Of a stretch of 61,067 bases of DNA, positions 12,401-24,618 are shown one piece after another. The number at the start of each line of letters is the position of its first letter. Within the stretch, counting starts at the first letter, position 1. Under the pieces are notes generated by a model that saw only the letters and a list, made by a program, of their open reading frames with translations, did not search any database and was not told the origin of the DNA. The position numbers and the translations under genes were made by a program. Origin of the DNA: Schmidtea nova (lineage: Eukaryota); assembly GCA_044892505.1 (NCBI GenBank), contig CM097884.1:61256001-61317067 (forward strand), given 5' to 3'.

Positions 12401-14229
12401 GGTAACTATACATACGCATAATAAAAACACCTATATACAAGATGATAAAAAGTAACCGCTCATTACAGTAATCAATAAAATAATTCTGAGATTGCATTTT
12501 GAGAGCGATAAAAGCGGAAAACGGCATGTTTCCACCAATTCTCCCTATCTATGATGGGTTGTAAAATATCTCTAAAATCAAATTAGCTTTAGATAATAAA
12601 ATAAAATTACTGGTTAGCATATCATGATTTCTGTCATCTGAGAATCCAAATTCCGAAACCAGAACTACACAAAATCAATGAATTTACTATAATTACTAAA
12701 AGTTACATAATGTAAATGGACCAATGGGAATTAATGATTTTTGCTTCCCCATTTATATAGATCTCTTCTTTTTCGGTGGAACGCTGATGATTTTGATGGA
12801 AATGCGATCAAGATCGGATTTCCTAGTTTGAGATTTAACCTAAAATTTGTAAATAAACATAAAATCCGCAAATTTGAGAAATATCGATAAGGTTAAACTA
12901 TTTGGAGAATTATATTGTTGCTGTTGCTAAGGCCTCGGCAAATTTTTGAAAAGTCAAAATAATAAATTTTAATACAATGCTAAAGATTTATAATAAGCAA
13001 GATAGACATTAAGTATAGGGGATAAAAGATTTTTAGATTAAATTGCTAAGAAAAAAGTACCTAAATCGAAAAATATTGCAATCAAATAATTATTTAGACA
13101 AAAATAATTGCGATCAAATATCAAAGAAAAATATATGTTTTGGTTGAGAATTATATCCCTGAATTGAGATTGTGATAACATGTTTGACTACGACTTTGTG
13201 AATGAAATAAATGTGCGATATGTTTGCGTCTTTGAATAATTCAATGTATAGTGATTGATTGAAATAATTGAATTTATGATGTTTAGATTTTGATCGAAAA
13301 AAATCGAGAATTCAGTGAGAGTAAGGCACGAAAACATCTCGGAAAACCCAAAGAACTTTAATACTCTTAGTACGATTGATGTTGTTGATTTTAGTCTGTT
13401 TATTATTGTGTTATGTGCACCGTAAAAAAGTCATTACGTGAATTGTTGATGTTTTGATGTTGGAAAATGTTTTATTTAGATGAAATAATAAATTTAGATT
13501 GATGTAGATTATTTATTTTAAAATTACGATTAAAATATTAGTTAACGTTTTAAGAAGGAACAAAATGGGAAGTAAACCTTCTATCGGTAGACCTTGGAAC
13601 TAGGAGATATTTGGTCAATAATAGTTTTGAATTTTCGACTTTCACTAATTGCGAATAACCACCCATTTGTTGCATTACCAACGTTACATTGTGACGGGCA
13701 GCAATATGGTTAATCTAATGTTTTGTATGTTGAGTTGTTGATGTGAGCCATAGTAACGTCAAGGTCATATTGACGATCAACAATATACGCTGACAATATT
13801 AGTGAAGATTAAATACAACACATACACACATTTTTGATCGATTTGATATGCTGTGGTCAGAAAGAAATTGATGTTACCCGGTGACATAAATAAATGTAGC
13901 TGTGAAAAACAATTATATTTTCAATTTGTATTATGCCACGACAATTTAAATTAAAAAATTCAAAACAACTGAAATTTATTTCAAAGACATATTTAACAAA
14001 ATTATGTTAATAAATTGTAGTTCTCCCTCATTTCTATATATGTATATAATAAATTAAAATATAGATATTTATAAAATAAACAGTATTTGTTTTAAATTTA
14101 CAAAAGGGGAGACAAATTCAAAATGACAAATATAAACATATAAAGATGGAGTCAAATCAGTTGAAGGAAATCATATCACAGAAACAATTTTATTTCAATA
14201 AAATTTCATTATTGTTGGTTTTTATTTCT

Positions 14230-15444
14230 CTAGTTACTACATAAGTCGATAATGTACTTAGCAAACAGAGAGATGATTTCTTCCTCGGAAGACTGTAAAT
14301 CGACTATATTTTCTAAAATATCTGTTTTTTCCAAAACTTTGGTGAACGTTTGACTCTTGAACTTTAGCAATCTTATTATGCAGATGAGTATTCTGGATAC
14401 GATTTCCGGGTCATTATGATGAAGAAAGTAAAATAAATATTGAAAATAATCATATTTGTATACTAAAGAAATTTGTTTGGGTTTTGTTTCGATGATATTA
14501 CAAACAGCGTAGATGGCTTGTTTACAAACTTTCAATGTTTTAGATTTAAGTAATGGTAAACATTTCGGCAAATATGTCGTTTCGCAACGCTCGCTCAGTA
14601 CTCGGTTTGACAAGTAAAATAATATTTCAATTTGCAATCCTTTCTTTACGTCGTTCAGTTTTAATGAAGAAAAGAAATTTCGGTTTTTGATTTCATTTTC
14701 AAAAATGCAGGAATCCTGATCTTTATTTATCAAAATGAGGTAGTTTAACACCCGGAAACAGAGTCGGATGTGATTTTCATTGTCCGTGTTGAATGATTGG
14801 AAAATTTTTTCAATTAGGAAAATGTTACATCTGATATTTTCGTTAAGATCTTCCTTTCTTTGGAGAAGATTGACTAAAGTTTTAAGGGCCGTTATCTGAT
14901 CGGAAATGCTTAATGAGAATTTATTGAAAAAAGTGATAGTTAATATATATAATTCTGTGAATTGTTCAGTGTTCTGAGAATAGTAGGAAAGGCAGTCGCC
15001 AAATGTTGAGATGGAATATATTTCATTTATATGCTGCAAAATATCGTCCAAATCATCAATGATAGACGAATGCAAAATTTTGTTATCAGCGAGAATATTA
15101 TTCAATAAAGTTAAAATCTCTTTTTGTTCCAGAGGAAACTCGACTAATCTGTCTTTTAGCAGAGTAATATATTCTAAATTTGACAACAAATGTGAAAATC
15201 TTGAGTTCTTACTCGTTTCATCAATGTAAAGCTTATAAAATCGACTCATCAATTCGTTAGAATTTCTTTCTTTTAAACACAGTTTTAAATCTTTTAAAAT
15301 GGTTTCTAGATAAGATGAAAATGTTTCTTTTTCATTTTCTATTTTCAAAAGATCTAGCAATGAATCAAAATCGTTTTTAGACTTCTTTGAATTTGGTTCA
15401 TCGTTTACATTGTAATCGCATTGTGAGTCTTGACGTCTTTTCAT
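14230..15444 (-). CDS. Intronless, highly divergent importin-alpha-like ARM-repeat protein (404 aa)
   Basis: The C-terminus KQAIYAVCNII...QISLVY...LFYFLHHNDPEIV...LENIVDLQSSEEEIISLFAKYIIDL aligns by eye with the last importin-alpha ARM repeats (KEAAWAISN...QI.YLV...L..LL...D..IV...LEKIE.LQ.H.N.EIY..A..II); the rest is Leu/Ile-rich and helical. Confidence 0.6.
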   Translation of the reverse strand: MKRRQDSQCDYNVNDEPNSKKSKNDFDSLLDLLKIENEKETFSSYLETILKDLKLCLKERNSNELMSRFYKLYIDETSKNSRFSHLLSNLEYITLLKDRLVEFPLEQKEILTLLNNILADNKILHSSIIDDLDDILQHINEIYSISTFGDCLSYYSQNTEQFTELYILTITFFNKFSLSISDQITALKTLVNLLQRKEDLNENIRCNIFLIEKIFQSFNTDNENHIRLCFRVLNYLILINKDQDSCIFENEIKNRNFFSSLKLNDVKKGLQIEILFYLSNRVLSERCETTYLPKCLPLLKSKTLKVCKQAIYAVCNIIETKPKQISLVYKYDYFQYLFYFLHHNDPEIVSRILICIIRLLKFKSQTFTKVLEKTDILENIVDLQSSEEEIISLFAKYIIDLCSN

Positions 15445-16479
15445 TGTTTTAATTGTTGATTTAAAATTAATTGTTTATTTATTCAAACAAATTATTTTAA
15501 TTTTTAAAATCTAATTTTTTGTTATTTGAATAATGTAAATTAATAAAAAAAACTTTTTTTAAAATTCATTTTAAAAGAAAATTTTATTTTTTTACTTTAA
15601 AGTTAATCCTTTAAAAATAATAATCAAATGCTATATATCCTAAGTATATTTTTTAAAAATATATGACGCAAAAAGAATAGCTATTTGCGAAATTTTATTT
15701 TAATTTTATATACAAATTTATTTGTTAATAACAATGTTTATTCCTTTTTTTAAAATACAATTTAATTCCAATAAAAAATCCTTTAAATTAAATTGAAAAT
15801 AATTATTTATCTCGTAACTAGTAAAGCCGTTCAAAATTTTGGGAATTAACTTTCATGAAATATCTTTTCTATATTTAAAATGTAAATGTATAATTTTACA
15901 AATTTCGAATATTTTTATATTAATTAACATCTAAAGTATTTTTAAAATTTATATTTAAATTTAACCAATTTTTATAATTTAGATTTTTTATCATTAAATT
16001 TTAAATTAATTATTTTTAATTTATTTAAAAGATTAAAGGAAAAAAATTTATAATCGTGTTGGAAAAATTTAATATTTTCAATATATAATATAATATTTTT
16101 ATAAAATTGAATTATTCAATTCTAACTCATTTTAGAATAAATTTGTATACTTTTCAAATTAAAAATCTACCAATTAAAATATTATATTAAGATCTTTTGA
16201 AAATGCCATTTTATTAACCAGTTGTATGGAAAAATTAAAAAGAAAAAGTTTAGAAATTATCAACTGGCATGTTAAATGTTACCATGAATAACTCACATAA
16301 ATGTTTGGGATCAGGTAAAAAGCCCCAGAAAATAAAATAAGGATAAAACAAAAATGTGCTAAAAAACAATATAAAGCCTGAAACTATTTATTATTATTTA
16401 TTTATTTATTTATCTGCTACTGGATAAAAATGTAACAATGTCGGTATATAAATGAAATTTCAGTTTGGTTCGTGTCTAG

Positions 16480-19400
16480 GATGTTAGTAGTGAACATCAT
16501 CATAAATTAACTTCCCGTGATCATGTACCCATGAAACTCTTAGATCGTCGGAAATTTGCATGTCGGCGTAAGCTGAGTGGACAGGTGAGCGGCCTTACGA
16601 GCAACTACTAACCACTTTCGCTTACTCTGATTTCTGAACTGATAGAAGCAGTGGCGTAGCAATAGGTTGTGCAGGTTGTGCAAGGCACAAGGGCCCAGGA
16701 CGAAAAATTAGTAAATTTTATACGTTCGAGCATTATAAATTCCCCGATTGTCATCAAACCATTGTCCTTTGACAAATCTTAAACTTGAATCGTGTCCAAC
16801 TAAATTAGGACATATGTTTGATTTGTTCTTTCTTTTTATCATGTGATTCAATTTTATATTATGGTGAAATAAGCGTATGATCTGAGTTTTTTCTAAGAAT
16901 TATGTTTCAATAAATTAGTGACAATAACAACAATTATTGTTCATTATATCATGATGGTACCTGGCATGTGTCCATTCTATATACAGAGAATACCTAGAAG
17001 TAACAAAATATCCCTTCAACCCCAACCGGAAACGCTACTATTTCTGTTTTAAAATGCGCAAATTTACTCAGAGAGTTGCTAATCACCTTCCCCAAGCCTG
17101 ACTATGGTTTGGTTCCTCGGATCACTTCGTTCGACAAATATTTTGTGCGTCCCAAAATCTGCACAAGGGCCCCAGAAATCCTTGGTACGCCACTGGATAG
17201 AAGGTCAACTTTTACTACACTTCTCCCTCTTTCAGTTCCTCTTTGAAGTCATCTCACACTCGTTGATTTGAAAATGACAGAACAACATTTAAAACAGAGA
17301 TAATAACAACTAAATACATTTTTTTTTTAACACAGCGAGATAATTTCGTGTAATAATCCAGGTTCGGTTAGACCACTCGATCAGTATATCTGTGTTTCTA
17401 ATTGTGATTATTGTGATTAACTGCTAAAGGAACTCCTCTTGACCACTTCTCGTAAGTAATGTGCTGAATTTGGGATTTCAAGTGCTGATTGATATACGTT
17501 CGGGAGATTTGATTTAAGCATTACTTTAATTCAATCCGGACTGCGTCGAGTTCTAACTGAACATCCGTAAGAGCCCGTTGAATTCATTCAGGTTTCTGAA
17601 TCTGAGTTTTCGTCTGTGCTTGAGAAAAGTAATTTCATTGGAGCTCTCAGATTTCCTGCGACTGTCTGGCCACTAGAGTTTTCAAACTCGAGATTTCCTA
17701 TTCCACAGAGTGTCGAATCAAACATTACTTTCTCTTTTCTGGCGTCGAGGTAGAACTATGGGTTGATTCCAACCTAAATATGGAAATATAAACCTCAAAC
17801 AACCTCCTGATAATAGATGAAGACAATGACGGAACTTAAAACAAGTGACTTTACCTTCTAACTATTTAGTGTATTCTTCTATGTTCGTGCTATGGGTGGT
17901 TATCGGCAGTCTAATCATTAACATATACATCTCATTTATTTAAATTAAGCATTTTCTATAATGAACTGTAACAATAAAAAGGAAATTAAGATAAAGATTT
18001 TTTTTATAGTTAACAGTTTAAACATCATTTTCGTTCTTTTGTCCGGAAATCTTCACAACTCGTGGAGTGGAATGAGAAGACCTCGTACATTGCTATTGAG
18101 GATTTCCACGAATGCTTGGCTATCTCTGATCTCTTTATCGCACATGACAGTTGTTTATAATTCCACGTAGGGCTGGATTTGAGATTTTGGGATATGACCA
18201 GTAGAACGAGACCAAGGCTAACAAATTCCCAGCCGAAATATAAGATCCACTTGGATTGATTCTCGTCATCTCTGAACATGATAAACCATGTAGATTTTTA
18301 ATGGATAATTCGCGGTCAGTAGAGATAGGCCACTGTGGGACCTCCACCCCACCAGATCTCCTCGTGAAAGTTGAGATTCAAAATCGAGAAAGGAGTTTTT
18401 TTTTAATTCAGTTCTCCAACGTCGCACTTCTACATCCACCGACCGAGAAATGTCTAGTGGAATGGCATTGAGTAGTCCTTGGATCCTCAACCTCTGATGG
18501 TATTCCTTCGATGTTAGTTTACCTTTTTTTCCATCGGTTATCGATTAAATCAGTGTCCCCTGCATGTGTCCAGAATTCATTTCAGTCTCGTTGTCAATCG
18601 TGGTAGAAAAGGTTCCATCCATAGATTTCGTCATCGATATTACTGAAAAACAAATTTAATGTAGAATCAACTGACGAAACGGATGTTTATCGTTAACTCT
18701 CGAGTTGAATGAAGTCGTCTTCAAGATTTGATCGGATGAGACGAATAAAGTCATTGACGACTTGACTGTGAATAATCTACATAGTCAATATTGGTACTCG
18801 ACTTGACCGTGATCTTTCGAGGGTCACAGGCATAGGGGTTATTTGTGTATTATTACAAACTGATACTTCGATTTCAGTCGATCGATCTCGATTCCATAAC
18901 TATTTATGGCTGGTTATGGTCACTCCCACGCTCCGGCTAGCTATGGTGATTTTACGAAATATCACTTATGTGATGTCTTTTTTCTTGCAACATCTTACTA
19001 ATTAATTTTTATGTGGGATCGCTATGAATTCTATTGTGATCACAATTTGTAGGGTTGGATTCTGAACCGTCACCAAATCGCCTACTCTTAATAGTTGTAG
19101 CAAATTATTCGGAATGGTGACCAGATTTCCTCGTTGAACAAGTTTTAGTATGGATGTTATACATTTAATTCATTTGTTCTTGAGTGCATCTCAATTCTTC
19201 GTGGAAGGCTAAGTATAACTGTAAACGTTGATAATTTGGCCGAATTCCTTGGGAAATAGTCTAATTCAGATATTAATAATGATAAAAATTTACTTATGTA
19301 TTTGGTGGAACTCTAGGACCTATTGGTTCGAGAGATGGCTCAATTTCAGATGTAGAGAAAGTATTTTTTTTTGCATTTAGATAAAAGTATTCCATGTGTA

Positions 19401-19500
19401 ACAGTCCGTCGCTCACTCCCCGCATTCATTAAATTTAATCGTCCTCAACGCACCTGTATAACTCTTAACGTCATATCCGGAAGGCTAGTAACCTCATGAT
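16480..19500 (-). pseudogene. Heavily decayed Ty3/Gypsy-like integrase-region relic(s)
   Basis: Higher GC than the flanks; only short motif-like fragments (LRVGDLVTVQNP ~19100; VPQWPISTD ~18330; NLRAPMKLL ~17650; LKEGEV ~17230) among many stops. Confidence 0.3.
16649..17195. mobile_element. Non-autonomous hAT element (547 bp)
   Basis: Termini CAGTGGCGTA...TACGCCACTG; perfect 8-bp TSD GATAGAAG at 16641-16648 and 17196-17203. Confidence 0.93.
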
Positions 19501-20595
19501 CAGAAAACATTTAGACTGCTCTCTATATATTTGATTGGTGACCTTGGAAATTCATGAGGGATTACCCAACAAAACTGCATAATGAATAAACTTCATATAA
19601 AAATTACTTTAATTGTTAGAAGACGGACGGGCAATAAAAATATTAAAACTAAAACATTACACAGTAAGGAGTAATAGGTACAGAATTAACATAAATATAC
19701 AAGAATGATGCAAGTTGTCAATAATCCCGTCTACCCATCAACAATTATTTAATAACAATTTTTGATGTTGAGTAATTTGATTACTTTGACATTTATATGA
19801 ACCTTATCTTTATTTGTTTTATTTTATGTGACTAATTATTTTTATGTGATGATTCCAATTGACTTTTATATGAGTTTGACAATCTAAATGATTCATTGAT
19901 CTTTATATCATATTTGATGGATTTTATATAATTGATTTAATTGTTGTTTATTTATTTAAACATATTTAGTTGATTGTTTTAAACATGACAATAATTTATC
20001 TGAATAAAAAATACAATGAAATCCCCGGTCAGGACCTTTCATACATATAATAAATATTGATTTAATTAATTAACGCCCTCTATGTGCTAATTAATAATAT
20101 AATTATGTTTGTAATTGATGCAAGGCGTCATAATTCTGTTTTGAAATTGTAAGTGTCACCCATTTCTTGAGAAATGTTTTTCAGTGCTCGTGAAGAGCAG
20201 AAAATTAGAAAACAATAAAGCACCTGTAAATGCAGTTGAATAATAATAATCAAAAATAATAATTTTTTTGAACTAAAAAGCAATATAGTGTAGAATTTTC
20301 ATGAATTAGAATGTATATTTCATTTAAATTTTAATAAACGGAAAATAAAAATTACATGGAAAATTTAGGTGAAATTAAATAAACGAAATAATCTTTCACG
20401 AAATATATGAATTACCTTTCTTAGTTGACGACATAAAAGAGCCCCGTTAGATGAATTGTTTCATTTACCATTGGAAAACAATAAATAAATACAGGATAGG
20501 GTTAATTTAAAGATGTATTTTAAAATTGTTTTTAAAATAAATATAAGTTTAGTTGCACTATAATAGCAAGAAATATGATAGTAAAGATAGTTGTA

Positions 20596-21092
20596 CCGTG
20601 TTTTGCCAAATACAAGCCATGTCTTGTATTTATTTTTTTTACAAAAAAAATGTTAAAAATTGAAAAGGGGCTTGTATTAGGAGCATGAATATTTTTTTAT
20701 TCAAAACCCTGCCAACCACTTTCCAGAGGCAGAGAAACTCAATTCGTGATTATTAGAATTTTGTTGATTCAATCTAAGTTCAAAATCTTTAATGTCAGAA
20801 CGCCTTGCAACTAAACTGCGAGATCTGCGCTCGATAATCCAGTCGAATATATAGTCCTCAATGTCAGAAATAACCAATTTTCTTCCTCCGCCTTGAGCTC
20901 TAGTCTGTCTCCCAGCGTCTTTTATAGTTGGAGATTTTCCTCATCTACTTTCCATCGACGAACAACTCGCAGATCAATGCTTACTTTTGCACAAAACTTT
21001 GCAAGAGATAGACCGGATGTATGGAATTCATTGAGGATTCTAAGCTTATTATCTATTGTATAATCTTTTCTAGAATCGTTTTGCATATTCAT
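20596..21092 (-). pseudogene. pogo/Tigger-like transposase N-terminus (HTH plus CENP-B-type HTH); deletion derivative
   Basis: MNMQNDSRKDYTIDNKLRIL...VRRWK, then a frameshift, then GGGRKLVISDIEDYIFDWIIERR...FSASGKWLAGF*; putative terminus TA|CCGTGTTTTGCC at 20594. Confidence 0.75.
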
Positions 21093-21127
21093 AGGTAAAA
21101 ATATTTAATTACTTAATGAATATTAAA

Positions 21128-21540
21128 ACTGGATACAACATCACTTGAATATACAAAGTCCTACAGATAATCTGTAACTTGCAAACATGGCGTATGAATT
21201 TCATTTTTGCCTCTGCGCACTAAAAGTGTTCAACAGAAACTGTTTGCAAGCGCATCCGACTGCCTTAGCTTCATTATTTCAATTACTTGAAATATCTTTT
21301 GAAAAAAACATTTGTCGGATGACTTATTTGTTTTTAACAAGTAAAGCTTGTGATTTTTTGTGATACCCAGTGCAAATCCCCAATAGCAGACTAGTTTCGA
21401 GCTTTTGGCTCTCATCAGTGCTATGCAGGAGACGTGAAAATTTCTCTCCGCGCCTGGCGAAAATGAAATTCATACGCCATGTTTGCAAGTTACAGATTAT
21501 CTGTAGGACCTTGCATATTCAAGTGATGTTTTATCCAGTG
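21128..21540. mobile_element. MITE with ~82-bp TIRs (probably Tc1/mariner type)
   Basis: actggatacaacatcacttgaata...atttcatttttgcc (21128-21210) is inverted at 21456-21539; the right end is followed by TA; the left end is degenerate. Confidence 0.75.
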
Positions 21541-21593
21541 TATCAAGTATAGTATATAACAAAAATCTTTCGACTTTGTTTTATACTTACCTA

Positions 21594-21747
21594 GCGCGGA
21601 GAGAAATTTTCACGTCTCCTGCATAGCACTGATGAGAGCCAAAAGCTCGAAACTAGTCTGCTATTGGGGATTAGCACAGGGTATCACAAAAAATCACAAG
21701 CTTTTCTTGTTAAAAACAAATAAGTCATCCGACAAATGTTTTTTTCA
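21594..21747. repeat. Inverted partial copy of MITE interior (21300..21453), running into an N-gap
   Basis: Near-identical reverse complement (cgcggagagaaattttcacgtctcc...). Confidence 0.85.
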
Positions 21748-22140
21748 NNNNNNNNNNNNNNNNNNNNNNNNNNNNNNNNNNNNNNNNNNNNNNNNNNNNN
21801 NNNNNNNNNNNNNNNNNNNNNNNNNNNNNNNNNNNNNNNNNNNNNNNNNNNNNNNNNNNNNNNNNNNNNNNNNNNNNNNNNNNNNNNNNNNNNNNNNNNN
21901 NNNNNNNNNNNNNNNNNNNNNNNNNNNNNNNNNNNNNNNNNNNNNNNNNNNNNNNNNNNNNNNNNNNNNNNNNNNNNNNNNNNNNNNNNNNNNNNNNNNN
22001 NNNNNNNNNNNNNNNNNNNNNNNNNNNNNNNNNNNNNNNNNNNNNNNNNNNNNNNNNNNNNNNNNNNNNNTTCTTAGTTTAGATCGATGGTTAAATCATA
22101 TATTAGTATACTTAAAAATGTTTTTTATTCTTATGGTACT

Positions 22141-22231
22141 ATTTTGTCTGTATACCATTTTGTCCGTACAATTTTGCCCGTACCATTTTGTCCGTACCAT
22201 TTTGTCCTGTACCATTTTTTCCGGCCACCGT
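22141..22231. repeat. ~16-bp tandem repeat (ACCATTTTGTCCGT) ending in CCACCG; probable DNA-transposon subterminal end
   Basis: About 5 copies read directly; the partner end is not visible (adjacent gap). Confidence 0.6.
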
Positions 22232-22559
22232 TAAATTTTATTAAACTATATTCTCTCTAGCCTATTAACTGACCCACTTACTCCAGCACAAAACGTTTTT
22301 TCTCCGCCTGGCATCCGTTGCTTGCAAACGTCGGTACTGTACCAAATAGTTGAAAAACTCGGGAATAATGAGAGTACAAGCTAATAACTGAGAGTCATTC
22401 TCCTTTTAGTTAACCAGTTTCCTCCTAAGAGAAATAACTGACAAGTACTATGTCAATTAATGAGGAAATTGGCATATTCTAATATTCAAATTAATTACAG
22501 TTGTCGGGAGGGTGTGAATTACTAAAAAAATTAAAGAAAAACATTAAAAATGTGTAATT

Positions 22560-22960
22560 CATTAAAAAATGGATAATTCCAATTTTACAATTTCCGATTT
22601 TGTTATCATAATATCCAGTAGGAGAATCTTCCTAGCGGAACCTTTAGTAATAGAACCAATTTTTATGATGGCTTTTGTCTGCAAAAGCTTCATACTATAT
22701 ATTTTCATGCATATGTCATTATTGTTATAATCATATCCACTAGCAGAACCTCTTTTGTAATGGTTTTTAATCAATTTTATCCAATAGCAGAACCTTCCTA
22801 GCAGAGCCTTTAGTAGCAGAACCTATTTTGTGATGGTTTATACCTGTATAAGCTTTGTACTGTATATTTTCACTCATATACCATTATTGTTACAATCTTA
22901 ATGTCAATTTTATCAAGTATCAAAAACTTTCTTACAGAACCCTAGCATCAGAACCTTGGT
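22560..22960. repeat. TAGCAGAACC-family array (second locus)
   Basis: Same motifs as 3022-3400. Confidence 0.8.
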
Positions 22961-23239
22961 ATGAAAAGAGTTAATTAATGAAAGAACTAGTTATTGAATG
23001 AATGATTTAATCAAGAAAAGTGATTATTTTCACTGAATGTACTGATCTGTGTGTTGGAGATATTTGATTGGTTAATTCTTATAAAACTTAGTGAATTGAA
23101 GAGGTTCTTTACATTGTGATAATAGATTGGATCATTTCATTCAAAGTGAAAGAATTCAAAATAAAAAATGACTAAAAGAATATTTTATTGAGTAAATAGG
23201 TAAAATTGATTTGAAAATATTAAAGGAGACATCAAAAAA

Positions 23240-23620
23240 ATATGGGAGTAGAAATTCCTATTCAAAATATCAGACTAAAGATTCCTATAGAAAATATTGA
23301 GACCGAAAAATTGTATTCAATAATACAAGACCCAAAATCCCTATTCAAAATAACGAGACCAAAATTCCTTATAAAAAATACTGAGACCAAAATCCCTGTA
23401 CAAAATACTGAGAGTCCCTTTTTGATCGAGAAAAAATCTGAGAGTAGAAAATCCCATACAAAATAATAGATCCAAAATCCCTGTTCAAAATACTGAGACC
23501 AAAATATCATATTCAAAAATAACAGACCAAAATTCCCTGTACAAATTCCCTGAACAAAATTCCCAGACCAAAATACCCTATAGAAAATACTGAGACTTTC
23601 TTGCCGTAAAAATATGAGAG
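23240..23620. repeat. AGACCAAAATCCC-family array (second locus)
   Basis: Same modules as 7620-9420. Confidence 0.8.
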
Positions 23621-24339
23621 TAAAAAATCCTTAGGGATAAGACGCTAAAAGAAGAGGCATCTCAAAAGAGAGCGCACAATCTGAGTGCATGTCAAATTTA
23701 CATACGAAAGACAGCACGAGAATCGAATGGGAAAGATCATTGCTTGTATATTAAATACGAAAAAGCATGATCAAAGAATAAACTCGTATTAAAATAAAGA
23801 GAATAATTTATTAAAAATTATGGATGAAATCCCCATTAAAATATCTTTAAAATTACATTGATAGGGACAGAACTAGAAAACGTTGGTTATTTAATCAATA
23901 AATGACGCCGTATAGAACAAATATATTATTTAGAAGAATCAAAAATAAATATTTAGAAAATAAATTATAAAACTATATTTACTGAAAAACAAATAAATAA
24001 TTCATTTATTAAAATAAATAATTTAAATATTAAAATAAAGATATAAATTAAATGGCTAAAATATTATTTTACTTAAATCGTTTTAAAAATCCATAAATTT
24101 CTCAAAAATTCATAAAATTTCTCGTAACTACATAAATTTCTCGTAAATACATAAATTTCTTTAAAATAACAAAAAACGAAAAAAACAAATAGCAGTCGAA
24201 ACAAATTTCATTAAACTATTCTTTTATTAGGCGGCTGTTTTTACCAATCTTTTTAGGTCTACCTCTTGTTTTCTTTACACTGAGTATATTAACGTCAACA
24301 AAGGTTGCTAGCTTTAACACACGAAAAATTAACGACTCA

Positions 24340-24618
24340 CTAAGTTTTAATCATAGTATTTCTTGTAATATAAATCAAAGACTTATAAAAGGCTGAACAC
24401 TCTCGAAAAGTCACGAAGTCAGAAGGAAATTTTAACTTTATATCCTCAAAGTTGAGAGTTTCTTCTTCGTTTGTGACGAAAAAAATTCTCTTTTTTTCAA
24501 TGAACTTAAACATCATCTTTTTTTCGGAATCTTGATCTTTTTCATCATAAACGGTTTTATCCAAAGAAGGTACTAATTTGGAAAAATCAATTAAAATCAG
24601 ACTGGATATCTTCATCAT
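24340..24618 (-). CDS. Hypothetical 92-aa ORF or exon, unknown
   Basis: Protein-like charged composition in AT-rich surroundings; no recognisable motif. Confidence 0.25.
   Translation of the reverse strand: MMKISSLILIDFSKLVPSLDKTVYDEKDQDSEKKMMFKFIEKKRIFFVTNEEETLNFEDIKLKFPSDFVTFRECSAFYKSLIYITRNTMIKT

Noticed and set aside
12318-12527. Hydrophobic 69-aa ORF
   Set aside because: Composition explained by AT-rich codons; no motif or splice support
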